Shown here: in pieces, positions 7,697-17,793 of the stretch
How the letters are laid out: every line of letters starts with the position of its first letter
Position numbering within the stretch: position 1 is the stretch's first letter
Assembly: GCA_965197905.1 (NCBI GenBank)
Contig: CBDAOB010000002.1
Coordinates: forward strand, 320,001 to 384,000
Source of the DNA: Candidatus Latescibacterota bacterium
GTDB lineage: Bacteria; Latescibacterota; UBA2968; UBA8231
Direction: 5' to 3'
Length of the DNA: 64,000 bases
Made by a program: the position numbers and the translations under genes
Notes under the pieces: generated by a model
Told to the model about the DNA's origin: nothing
The model's input: the letters and a program-made list of their open reading frames with translations, nothing else
Database searches by the model: none

Positions 7697-10600
7697 ACCG
7701 CTGTAGCAGATTCCCAGACTGTACTGGATCAGTTCCACCCGGCGGTGCAGGGGTGGTTCAAAGAGACCTTTGAGGCCCCGACCTCCATTCAGGAGCGCGC
7801 CTGGGAGGAGTTCACCAACCGCACTCATACACTGATTGCTGCCCCTACCGGTTCGGGTAAGACACTGGCTGCTTTCCTTGCCGCCATCGACGATCTGGTC
7901 CAGCAGGCAGTGGCCGGTACGCTGTCGCAAGCAACCCAGATCCTCTACGTCTCGCCGCTCAAAGCGCTCAGCAACGACATCGAGAAGAACCTCCAGCTCC
8001 CACTTCGGGGAATCGAGGAGCGGCTGACTTCCGACATGCCGCATCAGGCGATCGAAGTCATGGTCCGCACCGGAGACACGCCGCAGGCGGCGCGAACCAT
8101 GATGGCCAAATCGCCGCCCCATATCCTCGTCACCACCCCCGAGTCCCTCTACCTGCTTCTGACCAGCGAAAGTGGGCGCAACATGCTGTCGACGGTGCAA
8201 ACGGTCATTGTCGACGAGATTCACGCCGTCGTCGGCAACAAACGGGGCTCGCACCTGGCTCTTTCCCTGGCGCGGCTGGACGGATTGGTGATGGGTGACC
8301 TGGTCCGGATCGGTCTATCGGCGACCCAGCGCCCTATCGAAAGGGTCGCCGGATTTCTGGTGGGTCGCGAGGCAGCGGGCGATGAGGTTTCCTGCACCAT
8401 CGTCGATGCGGGTCATCGCCGCCATATGGATGTCGGCATCGAGGTGCCGCCTTCGCCGTTGACGGCGGTTATGCCGAACGAGGTCTGGGATGAGATCTAT
8501 GAGCGGCTCGAGGCCCTCATCCTGGAACACGAGACAACCCTGATCTTCGTGAACACCCGCAGGTTGGCCGAGCGCATGGCGTTCAATCTGAGCGCGCGGC
8601 TGGGTCCTGAAATGGTCACCGCCCATCACGGCAGCATGTCGAAGGAGCACCGCCTGGATGCCGAACAGCGGCTGAAGAGTGGCTCGCTTAGGGCGCTCGT
8701 GGCCACGGCCGCGCTGGAATTGGGCATCGACATCGGCTCGATCGATCTGGTCTGCCAGATGGGGTCGCCGCGCTCGATCGCCGGTCTGTTGCAGCGCGTC
8801 GGACGGTCCGGGCACACGGTGCACGGGACACCGAAGGGACGATTGTTTCCGCTCAGTCGCAACGATCTGGTGGAATGCGCGGCTTTGCTCCAGGCGACCC
8901 GTCTGGGTGAGCTGGACCAGACGACCATTCCACAGAAACCGCTGGACGTGCTGGCCCAGCAAATCGTCGCCGAGCTGGCCTGCAGGGACTACTCCGAAGA
9001 TGAGCTGTTCGACCTGGTACGCCGAGCCCTTCCATACGCGGATCTGACCCGGCGGGAGTTTGACGAAGTGCTGGCCATGTTGAGCCAGGGTTTCTCCACG
9101 CGCAACGGCCGGCGCAGTGCCTACGTTCACCACGACATGGTCAATCAACAGCTGAAGGGCAGGAAGAACGCCCGCCTGACCGCGCTGATTGCGGGTGGCG
9201 TTATTCCCGACAACTTCGACTGCGACGTGATTCTCGAGCCCTCCAACACCTTCATCGGAACCCTAAACGAGGATTTCGCTATCGAGAGCATGGCGGGAGA
9301 CGTCTTTCAGCTGGGCAACAATTCGTGGCGAATTCTGCGCACGCAGATGGGCAAGGTTTTTGTCGAGGACGCCCAGGGACTATCGCCTTCCATCCCGTTC
9401 TGGCTGGGTGAGGCACCCGGCCGCACCGACGAGCTCTCTTCTGCGGTCTCGCGCCTGATGGAAACTGCCGACAAAACGCTGGCGACGGCAGAGGTGGAAT
9501 CACTGGAGGGGAGCGTGAAGGTGGCCACCCAGTTGGTGGAGGAGACCGGAGTTTGTCGGGAGGGAGCCGAACAGATAGCCGCCTACCTGGCAGCGGGGCG
9601 GGCGGCGCTGGGTGCCATGCCGACCCACGAGCGCATCGTCATGGAGCGCTTCTTCGACGAGGCAGGCGATATGCACCTTGTCATCCACTCGGTGTTCGGC
9701 AGCCGCCTCAACCGGGCGTGGGGGTTGGCCTTGCGCAAGCGCTTTTGCCGCAAATTCAACTTCGAGCTGCAGGCGGCGGCGACCGAAGAGGGCATCATTC
9801 TCTCGCTGGGTTCAACCCACAGCTTCCCACTGGATGAGGTTTTTGACTATCTGAATCCGGCCACGGTCCGCGACGTTCTGATCCAGGCACTGCTCGACTC
9901 GCCGATGTTTCAGATCCGCTGGCGCTGGAACGCCGCTAACGCTCTGGCCATTCCGCGGCGGCGCAACGGCAAGCGGGTAGCCCCGATTCTGCAGCGGATG
10001 CAGGCGGAAGATCTGATCGCCGTCGTTTTTCCCGATCAGCTGGCCTGCGTCGAAAACATCGCCGGGGAGCGCGAGTTGCCCGATCACCCGATCGTTAACC
10101 AGACCATTGGCGACTGCCTGCACGAAGCCATGGACGTGGAGCGTTTGGAGCAGATCCTCACCCGGATGCAGTCGGGGCAGATCGAGGTCGTGGCTCGAGA
10201 CCTGCGGGAACCATCCCCGTTGTCAGAGGCAATGGTCACGGCTCGCCCGTATGCCTTTCTGGACGACGCGCCGCTGGAGGAACGCCGCACCCACGCCATT
10301 CGCAATCGCCGCTGGATCGATCCGGCCGAGGCGGCGCAGTTCGGCATGCTCGATGCGGCCGCTATCGCTTCGGTTCGGGCCGAAGCCTGGCCCGAGGTTC
10401 GCGATGCCGATGAGCTTCACGACGCTCTCGTGCTATGCGGTTTTCTGTCTGCCTCGGAGGGGGAACGGGGCGACGAGGAGCAGAGCTGGCAGCCTTTCTT
10501 CGAGCCGCTCACCGAAACCGGCAGAGCAGCGGTGTTTGCGGCTGCCGGTCGCCAGTTCTGGGTCGCCACAGAACGCAGCACCCAACTGAACGATCTTCAC

Positions 10601-12040
10601 CCCGAAGGCGACTTTGAGCCGCCGTTGGTAGTGCCGGAACGTCTGCAAATGCAAATAGCGGATCAGGACAGTCTCGTCGAGATCCTGCGATCGCGCCTGG
10701 AAGCCCTCGGCCCGGTGACAGTCGAAGAGCTGGCGCAGAGCATTAGCCTGGACTCCTCCAGGATAGAGAGCGCCTTGCTGGCGCTGGAGAACGAGGGCGC
10801 CATTTTCCGCGGGCAGTTCACCGGCGGCCAGCAGCAGGAGTGGTGCGATCGTCGCTTACTGGCGCGCATCCACCGGTACACCTTGAACCGCTTGCGCAAA
10901 GAGATCGAACCGGTATCCCCCGCAGACTTCATGCGCTTTCTGTTCTCCTGGCAGTGCCTCGGCGCCGACGCCATGGAAGGCCCGGCCTCCGTGGCCAAGG
11001 TGATCGACCAGCTGGAAGGGTACGAAGCGCCGGCGGCCGCGTGGGAAGGGGACCTCTTGCCCGCGCGCATCGGAGATTACGATTACGCCTGGCTCGATGA
11101 GCTCTGCAACTCAGGGCAACTGGTTTGGGGGCGACTACACCCGCAGAGCAATGGCAAGTCGCCGGCCGGACCGATCAAGACCACGCCGATCTGTTTCGCA
11201 AATCGACCGAACCTTTCCACCTGGCTTGGTAGCACACGTAGTGAGACGATACAAAACCTGACGCAGCCGGCTCGAGAGGTCCTGGAGCTCCTGGGTTCAC
11301 AGGGGGCTCTGTTTTTCGACGAGGTTAGAGTTCGAACCGGCTTGCTGGAGGACCACGTAGAGCAGGGAATCAGCGAGCTGGTAGCTCGAGGTCTGTTGAC
11401 CTCGGACAGCTTCGTCGGCCTGCGTGCTTTCCTTGTCGATGCCAAGTTCAGGTCTAGCCGACGGCAGTCGCGGCGCCAGGTCTTTACGATGCAGATGGCC
11501 GGCCGCTGGTCGATCCTTCCGGAGCCACCCGAGGAGAGAGCCGGCGAAGGGCTGATGGCCATGGCTCGTACCTTGCTCCGCAGATACGGCGTCGTCTTTC
11601 GCAAGCTGGCAGCTCACGAAGGAAACGCACCATGGCGCGACCTGGTGCGGGTCTTCCGGACCATGGAAGCTCGCGGGGAAGCTCGTGGGGGCCGCTTCGT
11701 TGGTGGTGTCTGGGGAGAGCAATTCGCTCTACCCGAAGCGATACCTCGACTTCGAAGGATCTCACGCGAGTCGGGCAGCGCCGCCCTGGTCGCCGTCAGT
11801 GCCGCCGATCCGCTCAATCTTACGGGTATCATCACGCCCGGCCCGCGGGTACCTGCTATCTTCAGTAATCGAATCCTCTACCGGAATGGTGTGCCGATTG
11901 CCGCCAAGGAAGGCAAGAACATCCGTTTCCTGGTCGACCTGCCTCAGTCCGAGCAATGGGAGCTGCAGAAGAAACTGGTGCAGCGAAAGATCTCCACGAA
12001 GATCCGGCCTCATCTGGGGCGTGGAGTGGGCTGGCAGTAA
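7691..12040 (+). CDS. lhr: Lhr-family SF2 DEAD/DEAH-box helicase, full length with C-terminal extension
   Basis: APTGSGKT, SPLKAL, TTPESL, DEIH, LSAT, LELGIDIG and QRVGRSGH; Lhr-specific PFWLGE, ERFFDE and RWRWNA; C-terminal LLRRYGVV..GRFV..GEQFALPEA. Confidence 0.93.
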   Translation: MVTAVADSQTVLDQFHPAVQGWFKETFEAPTSIQERAWEEFTNRTHTLIAAPTGSGKTLAAFLAAIDDLVQQAVAGTLSQATQILYVSPLKALSNDIEKNLQLPLRGIEERLTSDMPHQAIEVMVRTGDTPQAARTMMAKSPPHILVTTPESLYLLLTSESGRNMLSTVQTVIVDEIHAVVGNKRGSHLALSLARLDGLVMGDLVRIGLSATQRPIERVAGFLVGREAAGDEVSCTIVDAGHRRHMDVGIEVPPSPLTAVMPNEVWDEIYERLEALILEHETTLIFVNTRRLAERMAFNLSARLGPEMVTAHHGSMSKEHRLDAEQRLKSGSLRALVATAALELGIDIGSIDLVCQMGSPRSIAGLLQRVGRSGHTVHGTPKGRLFPLSRNDLVECAALLQATRLGELDQTTIPQKPLDVLAQQIVAELACRDYSEDELFDLVRRALPYADLTRREFDEVLAMLSQGFSTRNGRRSAYVHHDMVNQQLKGRKNARLTALIAGGVIPDNFDCDVILEPSNTFIGTLNEDFAIESMAGDVFQLGNNSWRILRTQMGKVFVEDAQGLSPSIPFWLGEAPGRTDELSSAVSRLMETADKTLATAEVESLEGSVKVATQLVEETGVCREGAEQIAAYLAAGRAALGAMPTHERIVMERFFDEAGDMHLVIHSVFGSRLNRAWGLALRKRFCRKFNFELQAAATEEGIILSLGSTHSFPLDEVFDYLNPATVRDVLIQALLDSPMFQIRWRWNAANALAIPRRRNGKRVAPILQRMQAEDLIAVVFPDQLACVENIAGERELPDHPIVNQTIGDCLHEAMDVERLEQILTRMQSGQIEVVARDLREPSPLSEAMVTARPYAFLDDAPLEERRTHAIRNRRWIDPAEAAQFGMLDAAAIASVRAEAWPEVRDADELHDALVLCGFLSASEGERGDEEQSWQPFFEPLTETGRAAVFAAAGRQFWVATERSTQLNDLHPEGDFEPPLVVPERLQMQIADQDSLVEILRSRLEALGPVTVEELAQSISLDSSRIESALLALENEGAIFRGQFTGGQQQEWCDRRLLARIHRYTLNRLRKEIEPVSPADFMRFLFSWQCLGADAMEGPASVAKVIDQLEGYEAPAAAWEGDLLPARIGDYDYAWLDELCNSGQLVWGRLHPQSNGKSPAGPIKTTPICFANRPNLSTWLGSTRSETIQNLTQPAREVLELLGSQGALFFDEVRVRTGLLEDHVEQGISELVARGLLTSDSFVGLRAFLVDAKFRSSRRQSRRQVFTMQMAGRWSILPEPPEERAGEGLMAMARTLLRRYGVVFRKLAAHEGNAPWRDLVRVFRTMEARGEARGGRFVGGVWGEQFALPEAIPRLRRISRESGSAALVAVSAADPLNLTGIITPGPRVPAIFSNRILYRNGVPIAAKEGKNIRFLVDLPQSEQWELQKKLVQRKISTKIRPHLGRGVGWQ

Positions 12041-12076
12041 ACCGACTTGATGCCGAGCAATCCAAGGAGAACGCAT

Positions 12077-13948
12077 ATGTTCCACAAGATTTCCGATCAT
12101 TTGTACCGCTTCGAAGACACTTGCAATGTCTACGTAGTAACGAATGGTTCGAAAGCGGTTCTGATCGACTTCGGCAGCGGTCGGGTTCTGGATCATCTCG
12201 GCGAGCTGGGCGTTACCCAGATCGACTGGATCTTGCACACCCACCACCATCGCGATCAGTGTCAGGGCGACAAGATAGCCAACGAACGAAACATTCCGAT
12301 CGCGGTACCATCCCACGAACAGCCGTATTTCGAGGAAGTCGAGGTCTTCTGGGGTTCCAGGCAGATCTACAACATCTACAATGTGCGCCAGACCTTCTTT
12401 ACTCTTGCAGAGAGCGTGCGAACCGCACGCACACTTGACGACTACGAGACGTTCGAGTGGGGCCCGTACCGTTTTTTCATACAACCCACGCCCGGTCACA
12501 CCCTCGGTCATATCGCGCTTATCGCCGAAATCGACGGGGCGCGGGTCGCCTTCAGCGGCGATCTCATTAGCAAGCCGGGAAAGATCCAGACCCTCTACGA
12601 TCTGCAGTATTCCTACGGGTCAGGTGATGGATCCGATTACATGGTGTATTCCCTGGCCAAGATGCGTGAACGAGAGACGGATCTGCTTTGCCCCTCCCAT
12701 GGCGATCCGTTCGGTGATACCGCGACAGCGCTGAATGATCTGGAGGTCAAATTCCGTGAATATTTAGCGCATCGATGGGGGATCACGACACCGACGCACG
12801 ATATCGCGCCTACCTCCATTTCTCCGCACCTCATCCATATACCAGGTTGTTCGAACACCTGGATCGTGGTCAGCGACAGCGGCAAAGCGCTCTTCGTCGA
12901 TTACGGCTCGCAGAGCCTCACGTTCATGTACTCATACACGGTGTTCTTCGAGGCCGGCAATCGCCTGCGTATGCAGGAGCACAACTTGGATTTACTGCGT
13001 GAGAAGTTCGGCGTAAAGCAGATCGATCTGGCGCTGCCCAGCCATTACCACGACGATCATGTCAACGGGCTGCCTTACCTGCAGAAGCACCACGACACCC
13101 GAATCTGGTGTTATGAGAACATGGTGGATATCCTTCAGCACCCGCACGGCTACAAGCTGGGCTGCACCCATTTCGAGCCCCTCACCGTCGAGCGCGGGTT
13201 GGGACAAGGAGAGACCTTCAAGTGGGAGGAGTACGAGTTCCAGGTTTTTCATACACCTGGACATGCCGATTATCACATGGCGATGTTCGGCACCATCGAT
13301 GGCAAAAGGGTGGCCTTCTCAGGGGATGAGGTCGGCTTGAGAGATGGCGGATACAAATCCAACAACATCTGGCGCAACCATGTTCATGCCAACTCACATG
13401 AGATCACCGGTAAGCTGTACCTAGAACACCAGCCTGAGTTGACTTGCCCTGGCCACGGGGGGCCGTTCGATATCGGACCTGATGACTGGCAGAAGTATCA
13501 TGACTGGTGCATGAAGGAACAGCAGCACTGGCGTGGTTTGGCGGCACCCGAAAACTTGGAAGAGGCCGTCTATCCGGACTACGTATTCCTCTATCCGTAT
13601 CAGCCACCGGCTGAACCTGGCGGCGAGGTGCGGATGCAGGTCTGGTTCGAGAACATCTTCCCCGAGACCGCTACGTTGGACTACCGTCTCGTTTTACCGT
13701 CCGGATGGTCCGCGGAACCTGACAGCGGCAGCCTCACCGCATCTGTAGGCGAAAAGGTCGTGCAGGATTTCGTGCTGCGGGTCCTGGCATCACAGCCGAC
13801 AACCTATCGACGACAGGCGTTCACGCTGGATGCTACTATCAATGGGAAGCATTTGGGAGAGCTGGCCGAAGCCGTGGTAGACCTGCGCCCCGATCTCGAC
13901 TGGGGTACTCGCGGGCAAGCTCCGCGGCGCTCGGCAGCGGACGAATAG
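12077..13948 (+). CDS. tandem metallo-beta-lactamase-fold hydrolase with C-terminal Ig-like domain
   Basis: Two MBL motif sets (THHHRDQ/TPGHT/SGD/PSHG and SHYHDDH/TPGH/SGD/PGHG). Start 12077 chosen for SD AAGGAG. Confidence 0.88.
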   Translation: MFHKISDHLYRFEDTCNVYVVTNGSKAVLIDFGSGRVLDHLGELGVTQIDWILHTHHHRDQCQGDKIANERNIPIAVPSHEQPYFEEVEVFWGSRQIYNIYNVRQTFFTLAESVRTARTLDDYETFEWGPYRFFIQPTPGHTLGHIALIAEIDGARVAFSGDLISKPGKIQTLYDLQYSYGSGDGSDYMVYSLAKMRERETDLLCPSHGDPFGDTATALNDLEVKFREYLAHRWGITTPTHDIAPTSISPHLIHIPGCSNTWIVVSDSGKALFVDYGSQSLTFMYSYTVFFEAGNRLRMQEHNLDLLREKFGVKQIDLALPSHYHDDHVNGLPYLQKHHDTRIWCYENMVDILQHPHGYKLGCTHFEPLTVERGLGQGETFKWEEYEFQVFHTPGHADYHMAMFGTIDGKRVAFSGDEVGLRDGGYKSNNIWRNHVHANSHEITGKLYLEHQPELTCPGHGGPFDIGPDDWQKYHDWCMKEQQHWRGLAAPENLEEAVYPDYVFLYPYQPPAEPGGEVRMQVWFENIFPETATLDYRLVLPSGWSAEPDSGSLTASVGEKVVQDFVLRVLASQPTTYRRQAFTLDATINGKHLGELAEAVVDLRPDLDWGTRGQAPRRSAADE

Positions 13949-13977
13949 GTGCCGATTCGGGCGAGTCTATACCGGAC

Positions 13978-14556
13978 TTACCGCCCCGCGTTCATGCGTT
14001 TGCGCTCGGCGATGAGCAGCTCGATCCAGTGTTTCATGTACTGACCGTGGTCCATCCAGGTACGGCCGCTGATCAGGTTGCCGTCGATGACGCACGCTTC
14101 GTTGACGAAGGTGCCGCCGCACACCTCGAGATCAAACTGACATTTGGGCACGGTGGCCATGCGGCGTCCCTCAACACAACCAGCGCGGGCGGGGATCTCG
14201 ACCCCGTGGCAGACGCAGCCGATCGGCTTGTCGTGATCGAAGAACCAGCGAGTGACACGGATCAGGTCGGGGTTGTCGCGGGTGTATTCGGGGGCGCGGC
14301 CGCCGGAGAAGAAGATGCCGGCGTACTCTTCGGGCACGATGTCGCGGAAGGCGATGTCGGCCTGGATGGTATACCCTTCGAACTCGCGCGTGATGTCCCA
14401 GCCCTCCGGTGGCTCGTGCAACACCATGTGGTAACGCTTGGCCTCGGGACCGGCGCAGACGGGGACGAAGCCATCCTCCTGGACGCGAAGGACGGGGTAG
14501 AGGGTGTCGACGGTTTCAGTTGCTTCGCCGATGATGATAAGAACTCTGTCGCTCAT
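13978..14556 (-). CDS. DJ-1/PfpI family protein
   Basis: GGRAPEY, VCHG nucleophile and VIDGNLISGRTW; start chosen at MSDRVLII. Confidence 0.9.
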   Translation of the reverse strand: MSDRVLIIIGEATETVDTLYPVLRVQEDGFVPVCAGPEAKRYHMVLHEPPEGWDITREFEGYTIQADIAFRDIVPEEYAGIFFSGGRAPEYTRDNPDLIRVTRWFFDHDKPIGCVCHGVEIPARAGCVEGRRMATVPKCQFDLEVCGGTFVNEACVIDGNLISGRTWMDHGQYMKHWIELLIAERKRMNAGR

Positions 14557-14648
14557 GAAATAACTCTCCGTGGACAGAACTGTGGTTGCGAAGATAACCC
14601 GAGTGGGCATGTCGGGCGACCCCTTGATCCCAACGTCCCGGCGCTCAT

Positions 14649-15536
14649 TTACAACCCGTGCTTCTCCACCCAATCCAGATAACGACTCGCGCAAAAGTCC
14701 AGATTCTTCTCGCTGCCCCCGCCTCGCAGGGGAGAGCACATCTCGAATGTAGATGCACCGTCGAATCCGCCCTCAGCCAAGCCCTGGAAGAATCCCTCGT
14801 AATCGATGAAGCCGTCCCCAAAGGGCACGGCGCGGACCATCGAGGGTTCGGCCGGCTGGTAGTTGACCGCATCGGGCCGGTAGTGAAAGCGCGGCAAACG
14901 CACGTAGTCGGCGCTGGTGGTTATGGCTGTATGCGGGGCCATGCGTTTTGCCACTTCGGCGACATCCTCTCCCCGCAACGCGGGGGACCAGGCGTCAAAT
15001 CCCAGCTTGCAGTTGCGTCGGTCTATGTCGGTAAGAAGCTCCAGCAGACTGTCGCTATGAACCCCAATGTCGTGGTGGTTCTGAATCGCGATGGTGACCT
15101 GATGCTCTGCGGCCCTATCGCTGCATTCTTGCAGGCTGGTGACCACCCGGTTCCATACCGTAGCCAACGGCTGCCCCTCTGCCTCGTAAGCGGTGAACAC
15201 CCGAACGACTCGAGCGCCCAAGCCAGCGGCTGTGGCGGCCAGTGCCTCGACGTAGCCGATTTGCATCTCAAGGGCGGGAATGTCGGACGGGCCGGCCCCC
15301 GAGAAGTCCGTATAACCGGCGATCACTTCACAGGTGACGCCTTCCTGATCCAAATGGGATTTGAGCTCGCCAATCAGCTCCGGTGTTGCATCCAATGGTG
15401 ACAGATGCGGACGTTTGCCCGCGATCATCACGCCGTCGTAGCCCAACGCCGCTGCCTTGCTGATGAACTCGGTCAGCTCGAGGCGGTGCTGTCCCCAGAA
15501 CCCGGCGTAGCTTATGGAAAACAGGCAATGTTTCAC
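14649..15536 (-). CDS. sugar phosphate isomerase/epimerase (xylose isomerase-like TIM barrel)
   Basis: AAALGYDGV, IAIQNHHD, LGFDAW, VPFGDGFIDY and FEMC; probable GTG start. Confidence 0.85.
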   Translation of the reverse strand: MKHCLFSISYAGFWGQHRLELTEFISKAAALGYDGVMIAGKRPHLSPLDATPELIGELKSHLDQEGVTCEVIAGYTDFSGAGPSDIPALEMQIGYVEALAATAAGLGARVVRVFTAYEAEGQPLATVWNRVVTSLQECSDRAAEHQVTIAIQNHHDIGVHSDSLLELLTDIDRRNCKLGFDAWSPALRGEDVAEVAKRMAPHTAITTSADYVRLPRFHYRPDAVNYQPAEPSMVRAVPFGDGFIDYEGFFQGLAEGGFDGASTFEMCSPLRGGGSEKNLDFCASRYLDWVEKHGL

Positions 15537-15652
15537 TTGCAACCTCTTGGCTGTTATGCAACCAACCCACTTTAGTATCGAGGATCGAATATCGCACGAT
15601 ATTCTGTTTTTATACATAGTTTGAGGAATCATCTCAACATCCCGAGCCACCA

Positions 15653-16396
15653 ATGGAGCAAGCCATGCTCACCTACGAAAGCACCTGGGAAGAGATCGAA
15701 ACTGCAAAACCAGAGGGCGCCGTGATCGGTATTGGCGCCATCGAGCAGCACGGACCCCACCTGCCGCTCAACATGGATTGTCTGAGCGCCGAGTACCTGG
15801 CGCGGGGCATTGCCGAGGAGTTCGGTTGGTATCAACTCCCGACCTCGCCCATCGGCGCTAGCGCCGAGCACATGGATTTTCCGGGAACACTGACCCTTCG
15901 TTCAGAGACCCTGATCGCCATCTTCTCGGACATTCTGGACTCCATCAAGCGTCACGGGATCGCCAAGCTTACCATCGTATCCGGGCACGGGGGGAACTGG
16001 TTCTTGAAAATGATGGTGCGGGAGCTCAACTACCGACATGCCGATTTCACCACCTTCCTGGTCAACACGGATCGATGGTTCTATCCCGTGCTTTTGCAGA
16101 TGTCGGAGGACGCGTCTCTGCACCACGCTGGAGAACACGAAACAGGTGTGGTGATGTTTCTGCGGCCCGATCTGGTAAAACCTGCTCCGCACGAGGATTG
16201 CAACCCAGATTACGGGTTCGACATGTTGGACCTGGTTCAATCCCGCAAGCTGGTTCCATCCGGGGTTTGGGGATACGCTGCGAAAGCGACGCCCGAAAAG
16301 GGCAAGGAATTTCTGGAGAAGGGGCTGCAGGCCGCAGTCACGTATATTCGGTCGCGACTCGAGCTGGTCAGCGAACTGAGCGGCGCGAGCGACTAG
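15653..16396 (+). CDS. creatininase family amidohydrolase
   Basis: GAIEQHGPHLPLNMD, SAEHMDFPGTL, SGHGGN and HAGEHET. Confidence 0.92.
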   Translation: MEQAMLTYESTWEEIETAKPEGAVIGIGAIEQHGPHLPLNMDCLSAEYLARGIAEEFGWYQLPTSPIGASAEHMDFPGTLTLRSETLIAIFSDILDSIKRHGIAKLTIVSGHGGNWFLKMMVRELNYRHADFTTFLVNTDRWFYPVLLQMSEDASLHHAGEHETGVVMFLRPDLVKPAPHEDCNPDYGFDMLDLVQSRKLVPSGVWGYAAKATPEKGKEFLEKGLQAAVTYIRSRLELVSELSGASD

Positions 16397-16480
16397 GACG
16401 ACCGAGCAGCAGCGGAGTGGGGCGGACAGCGCCTGGCGGAGCGAGCGGACCCAGAGACTCAGAATTAGTCGTCACAGCTC

Positions 16481-17655
16481 TCAAAACAGAATCTCAACAC
16501 CCTTTTGCAGCAGCCCTCGGGCCACGACACCCCGATGGATCTCCGAGGTTCCGTCGTAGATGCGCGCGACCCGGGCATCGCGGTAGATCCTCTCGATCGG
16601 CAGGTCTTTGCAGTAGCCCATGCCCCCAAACATCTGCACCGCGCGATCGGCGATTCTGCCCAGCGTTTCCGCGGCATTCACTTTGACCATCGACACCTTC
16701 TCCCGCGGGTCCCTGTCCTGATCGATCTCCCAGGCCGCTTCCAGCACCAGCAAGCGCGCGCAGTCCAGCTCGATGGCGCTGTCGGCCAACATGGTTTGCA
16801 CCATCTGGAAGTCGCCGATCGGTTTCCCGAACTGGTGTCGCTCATTGGCGTGATCGATCATCATGGACAACACCCGACGCGCCATGCCAATGGCTCGGGC
16901 GCCGATATGGAAAAGACGGATGCGGCCGAGGGTGGATAACAACAAGCCCGACCACGGCCGCGCTCGCCGAGCAGGTGCTCCGGCCCCAGCTTCACGTTCT
17001 CAAAGACCAGCTCCACGAAGCTGGTTCCGCGCAGCCCCATCATCGGCATATCTCGCGTCACTGTCAGGCCCGGCATCGATTTGTCTACAATGAAGAGCGA
17101 GATTCCCCGCGATCCTTCCGCCGGCTCGCTGCGTGCCGAGACCACGAAGAAATCGGAGAAGGCGCCATCGCCGATTGGGCGCTTGCAGCCGTTCAAAATC
17201 CAGCCATCACCGTCAGGTTCGGCAGAGGTCGTAATGCCGGCGGCGTCGGAGCCGGCTTCCGGCTCGGTCATGGCGATGGAGCAGGTGCGCTCGCCACGCA
17301 CGGCGGGCAGCAGCCATTCCTCGCGTTGTGCTGCGTTGCAGGCCAGGAGCACCTCGTAGACGTTGCCGAAAGCACGGCGGACGAGAATGTCGGTGGTCTG
17401 CCCCATCTCCTGCTCGACGTGGCTCATCTCCACCGCGCTGAGCCCACCACCTCCAAATTCCGTGGGGATGTTCATGGCGTAGAAACCGACATCCCGCGAC
17501 TTTTCAAAGATCTGGAGCGCTGTTTCGGGCTCCAATATCCCCTTCGTTTCGACCTCTTCCTCAAGGGGTTGCAACTCGTCGCGCACAAATCGACGGACGG
17601 CTTCCACTTGAATTTGCACCTGATCGCTCAACGAAAAATCCACGAGAGTCCTCAC
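16481..17655 (-). pseudogene. acyl-CoA dehydrogenase split by a 1-nt frameshift near 16950
   Basis: The N-terminal ORF (AMTEPEAGSDA, MMGLRG) and C-terminal ORF (RHQFGKPIGDFQ, QMFGGMGY, RIYDGTSEI) are in different frames; adding one base restores GRGLGLLLSTLGRIRL. Confidence 0.85.
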
Positions 17656-17793
17656 CTAGGTTTTCGCGCTTGGCCCCATTGCCAACAACTCGGCGTTTTC
17701 CCCGAACGTCGCCCGGTAGTTGCAGAAACAGTATAGCAATCGCTTCTTGTTAGGGCGATTCTATTCCCCGTTTCGAACCGGAGATTTGTCCCA

